Shown one piece after another: positions 60,525 to 64,000 of a stretch of 64,000 bases of DNA. Source of the DNA: Bdellovibrionales bacterium (lineage in GTDB: Bacteria; Bdellovibrionota; Bdellovibrionia; Bdellovibrionales; UBA1609); contig OZ244719.1 of NCBI GenBank assembly GCA_965219095.1, forward strand, positions 96,001 to 160,000, given 5' to 3'. The notes beneath the pieces are model-generated. The model saw nothing but the letters and a program-made list of their open reading frames with translations. It did no database searches and was not told the DNA's origin. The position numbers were made by a program, and so were the translations under genes. The stretch's first letter is position 1, and each line of letters starts with the position of its first letter.

Positions 60525-61847
60525 TCAAAAATCAATAACAACCTTTAAAGATGTAGTTTCTTTATCATCCACAACTTCATTGTTAACTTTGTCGTACTCA
60601 TCTTCATGAACAAGTTTTAAAGATATATTTTTTGTGATTTTCTTAGAAGCACCGATTTCATATTTTCTGTTTTCCTTTGTATTAGAAAGAAAGCTCCTTT
60701 TCCTTTTAGCAAATAAATCAACTTTCCATGTTTTTAGAGGATATTCAAACTCTAAAGTAGCAATCATTTGTAAAGCTCTTTTATTTTTTTTGCCTATATT
60801 ATAACTAGGCCCTAGACTTCCTAGAGTGTAGAGATCCTCAATGCCGAAAGTATTTTCAATAAGAGTTTGTACAGCACTAGATAACTCTATAGAGTTTCCA
60901 TTACGACCAGTGTTATCCTTATACTTCACCCCTGTGACTAAAGTTAAATTGTCTTTAATAAAACGAGGTCTACTTATAATAACATCAAGAGTTTCTTTGC
61001 TATACTTATCCTTCTCTTCTCTATCTAATTGAAAGTAGCTACCGCGAAGAGTGACTGCATAGTTATCAAAGAAAAGATGAATTTTGCCTTTAAAATCAAT
61101 ATTTGTTTGTTCATAAGTTAAGTTATCTAAAATCTTAACTCCTAAATCAAGAGTTAATTTGTATTTCTTTAAAATATCATCTATCGATAGGTTTTCAAAT
61201 TTATGCCTTAACAAGCTTTTTTGACTTTTAGTAAGAAGAGCTTTTTTCTCTTCCATTGTTCTTTTTGTATTTTTGTTCTCAGTAGGGTTTTTATTTGAAA
61301 ACCCTTGAGCCTCAGAATGAGAGCTTTTAGGTTTAATGCTCAAAGCCCAGTTTTCTCTTTGAATTTGTAAATAAGGGTTATCAAAAGTTTTTTGCAAAAG
61401 AAGCTCTGCTAAATCGATTTTAATGTTCTTTTTTAACCCCTCCTCTAGATTGGCTTTTGTCAATAGATCATGTAAATTTTTTTTTATGTTTGTTTTTACT
61501 TCTCCTACAAGGACACTTATAAAAGTTTCACAATTTTTCCTTTTGTTAGGCTCTCTCATATAGGTTTCAATAGCATAAGAAAGAGCACTTTTTTGTGATT
61601 TATCTAATAAATCAACAGCTCTTTTTTTATTTTTTCTAAGCCGTCTTAAGAATTCATAGCCTTCGGTTTCTGAAAGTCCGTATTTCTTAAAATCATTTTT
61701 AAGAAATACAAGATTACAAGTTTGAGAGTATTTTACAAAATAGGAGTTGTTAAAAAGCTTTTGAGCTAAAATTTTTTTGTTGTGAGTTAATTTTGCTTCC
61801 GAAAAGTTAAACAAAAACAAAAAATAAAAGTATAAAAAGTACTTCAT
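60525..61847 (-). CDS. Exported protein with probable C-terminal outer-membrane beta-barrel
   Basis: Signal peptide; alternating beta pattern in the C-half; terminal Phe (SLKVVIDF). Confidence 0.6.
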   Translation of the reverse strand: MKYFLYFYFLFLFNFSEAKLTHNKKILAQKLFNNSYFVKYSQTCNLVFLKNDFKKYGLSETEGYEFLRRLRKNKKRAVDLLDKSQKSALSYAIETYMREPNKRKNCETFISVLVGEVKTNIKKNLHDLLTKANLEEGLKKNIKIDLAELLLQKTFDNPYLQIQRENWALSIKPKSSHSEAQGFSNKNPTENKNTKRTMEEKKALLTKSQKSLLRHKFENLSIDDILKKYKLTLDLGVKILDNLTYEQTNIDFKGKIHLFFDNYAVTLRGSYFQLDREEKDKYSKETLDVIISRPRFIKDNLTLVTGVKYKDNTGRNGNSIELSSAVQTLIENTFGIEDLYTLGSLGPSYNIGKKNKRALQMIATLEFEYPLKTWKVDLFAKRKRSFLSNTKENRKYEIGASKKITKNISLKLVHEDEYDKVNNEVVDDKETTSLKVVIDF

Positions 61848-61982
61848 GGCTCTTCTGCTCCTTCTACTACTTTACTTCTTTTTTAAGAAGATAGTTTTAC
61901 AATCACTTAAGATATTATAACTTTTCTAATGCAATAAGTCAAAGAAGTTTCGAAGCTTTCTCTCAAATTCACAATTTGCGAC

Positions 61983-62072
61983 TTACCTTGCTAAGAAAGC
62001 TATCGAATTCTTTCGTTTTTTATATGGAATGGTCGGAAACCTTAAGACAAGATCATTATGTAATAATTTCAT
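61983..62072 (-). CDS. Possible 29-aa small protein MKLLHNDLVLRFPTIPYKKRKNSIAFLAR
   Basis: gagggaggt immediately before the ATG; below the ORF-track cutoff. Confidence 0.3.
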   Translation of the reverse strand: MKLLHNDLVLRFPTIPYKKRKNSIAFLAR

Positions 62073-62103
62073 ACCTCCCTCACCTTATTTTTTGTAAAAG
62101 AAA

Positions 62104-62150
62104 ATATGGATGACCAGCCTTTTTGAAAGGCTGGTCATCCATATGAGTAT
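62104..62150. repeat. Palindromic intergenic repeat (19-bp stem)
   Basis: atatggatgaccagccttt-ttg-aaaggctggtcatccatat; second copy at 10976. Confidence 0.8.
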
Positions 62151-62355
62151 GTCACCTTGAGGGTCTTTTTAGTCTTTAAGGTATTTCTTAGGAGGGCTTT
62201 TAGTAAAGCACAAAGGGTTCCCCTTTTCTTTTCCATGAAAGAGTCTCCTTCTAAGGGTGAGAGGCTCCTTCAGGGGAAAGATATATTATTGTAGATAGGA
62301 GAGAAACTTCTAAAGCTAAGAAAGATTCTAAAAGAATGTTTACAGGATCACTTGT

Positions 62356-63243
62356 TTAAAAAGAATTACAAGGGTCCTTTTGTTCCTTAAAATCAAAGAA
62401 AACCACATAGTCAAATCCCCCTTCTTCTTCTTTATCCCAATAAGGCTGACCTTCTTTAGTCAAAAAGTCCAACTTCACGCTCACAATCTTCTTATAACCT
62501 CTTTGATGGAAATACCAAGGCATACCGTAGTCTTTTCGAACATGGTTGTTGCCTGCCATAACAAAGACAAGTTTCTCTTCTTTTAGATAGGAAAGTGTTT
62601 GCTCTGTCATGAAAGCGTCTCTTGCTCTTTGTGCGAAGTAAAAAGACTTCACTTGAGAAGGTGTCAGCTTGTGACAGTGTCCTCGTTCAATGTCTTTTTT
62701 TAAACGTAAGCCATATTCCTTAGGAAGCTCTTTATCAAGGCCTGTTTTTTTGATAAAGTCTAATTCCAGAGCTTCTTTTCCTTTCCTTACAATCTGTTTC
62801 ATTTTTTCAGAAGACAAGTTCAAACCAAAAACTTCAGCTTGTGATTTATATGTTTTTTCAAATAGCAACCGAAAGATAAGCCAATTGCCCCATGACTGCT
62901 CCCACTTTAATTTTTCTGCTAATTCATCCACATACAGGTAGGCTTCTTTCATTCTTTTTTCCTTAAACTCCTCTAAAATCTTTTGATCTTTTTGTTGAAT
63001 GTGTTCAAACCCAACAGCCTTTTTTTCACCCTCTAACTTTTCTACAAGAAAACCTCTAAAATCATGGTGAGATTTTTGGTTATGGTACTCTCCTAAGAGA
63101 ATTACATCATATTGTGATAAACTTTTTAAAAACTCAAAAGACTCCACTTTCTGTCTGGTGTCTGTGTGAAATATTTCATAGCTTTCAGAAAATTCAGTTA
63201 AAAAAAATAAAGTAACTAAAACAATAAAGAAAATTCTTGTCAC
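62356..63243 (-). CDS. ChaN/PhuW-family heme-uptake-like exported protein
   Basis: LLGEYH, GFEH, WEQSWG, GHCH, AQRARD..M, AGNNH.RKDYG.P. Confidence 0.82.
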   Translation of the reverse strand: MTRIFFIVLVTLFFLTEFSESYEIFHTDTRQKVESFEFLKSLSQYDVILLGEYHNQKSHHDFRGFLVEKLEGEKKAVGFEHIQQKDQKILEEFKEKRMKEAYLYVDELAEKLKWEQSWGNWLIFRLLFEKTYKSQAEVFGLNLSSEKMKQIVRKGKEALELDFIKKTGLDKELPKEYGLRLKKDIERGHCHKLTPSQVKSFYFAQRARDAFMTEQTLSYLKEEKLVFVMAGNNHVRKDYGMPWYFHQRGYKKIVSVKLDFLTKEGQPYWDKEEEGGFDYVVFFDFKEQKDPCNSF

Positions 63244-63553
63244 AACTTTTCTCCTATATTAAATTAAAAAGAAAACTATAACTGATAAATTTCAAAAATA
63301 CAACAAAAATCTGAAAGACCCCTTTATGTGAATGCAGAGTGTATTGTTTGTATCATCACAGCTTTTAAGCATTTTATCTTTACTAAAGATGAGAGTCAGC
63401 TTATGTAAAAAACAGCCTGAAACCGATCAAGAAAGAACACTCTGTGAGGAAGCTCTTGAACTTGTCCTGTCGAAGCGATTAGAAATGATGGTTAGAGGAA
63501 GTAACTGTAACTCAAATTAAGGGATGTCGTCAATTGATTTAATACTTAAGCTC

Positions 63554-64000
63554 CTAGTTTAAACTCTCTCCCATTTTCACTTCCCCTAAAGTTTGCTGAA
63601 ACTCCCTATAAGGGTACATCACAACAACAGTACTTCCCATACGAAACACACCTAACTCATCTCCTTTTTGGATCTTTTGCTCTTCAAAAACCTCTAAACT
63701 TAAACTCCCTACATTCAAAGCTCCTACCATCACCACAATAACTGTTTTTTTTGTTTCAAACTCTTCAATAAAAAAGACAAGCCTTTTATTTCGAATGAGA
63801 AGATCGGATAAATTTTGCATAAAACAAGGTCTTACAGGCCAAAGAGAACCCGATATAGTTTTTATTTTTTTAATTCTGCCTTTCACAGGGCTATGGACGC
63901 GGTGATAATGACAAGGAGCTAAATAATAACTTACATAGAAACCACCTTGAAGTTCTATGGGAAGAACTTCTTTTATAAAGGATTCACATGAATAAACCAT
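63554..64000 (-). CDS. psd: Phosphatidylserine decarboxylase, 3' part (5' end outside the window)
   Basis: YLAP..YHRVHSP, N.R, VGALNVGS, F.MGSTVV cleavage motif. Confidence 0.9.
   Translation of the reverse strand: MVYSCESFIKEVLPIELQGGFYVSYYLAPCHYHRVHSPVKGRIKKIKTISGSLWPVRPCFMQNLSDLLIRNKRLVFFIEEFETKKTVIVVMVGALNVGSLSLEVFEEQKIQKGDELGVFRMGSTVVVMYPYREFQQTLGEVKMGESLN

Overview
AT-rich bacterial chromosome segment, most likely Bdellovibrionota (inferred from the purH-mlaDFE-alr and cysE cluster, the GYF/TPR protein, the vWA lipoprotein, and small basic XRE and DUF4423-like regulators). It is heavily colonised by insertion sequences (ISL3 x3, two IS630 types, IS66, IS982, IS5, IS1634) and by very small MITEs derived from them. 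The main feature is a ~23.6 kb integrative conjugative element (32956-56611) at the 3' end of an initiator tRNA-Met. It carries a VirB2/3/4/5/6/8/9/10-like operon, an FtsK-type coupling ATPase, a replication-relaxation family protein, a decaying restriction-modification locus and a large serine recombinase (LSR). The most striking observation is that the att core (TGGTTGC) lies inside the last codons of the LSR gene. Integrated, the LSR ends in ...RIGC-GNRI*, read antisense through the tRNA. Joined to the element's other end (attP form), it would gain an in-frame 158-aa HTH plus recombinase-like module. That attP-type junction is physically present at 32956 because a decayed tandem copy lies upstream. 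All family calls are by motif recognition only; no searches were run. Some frameshifts could be assembly errors.
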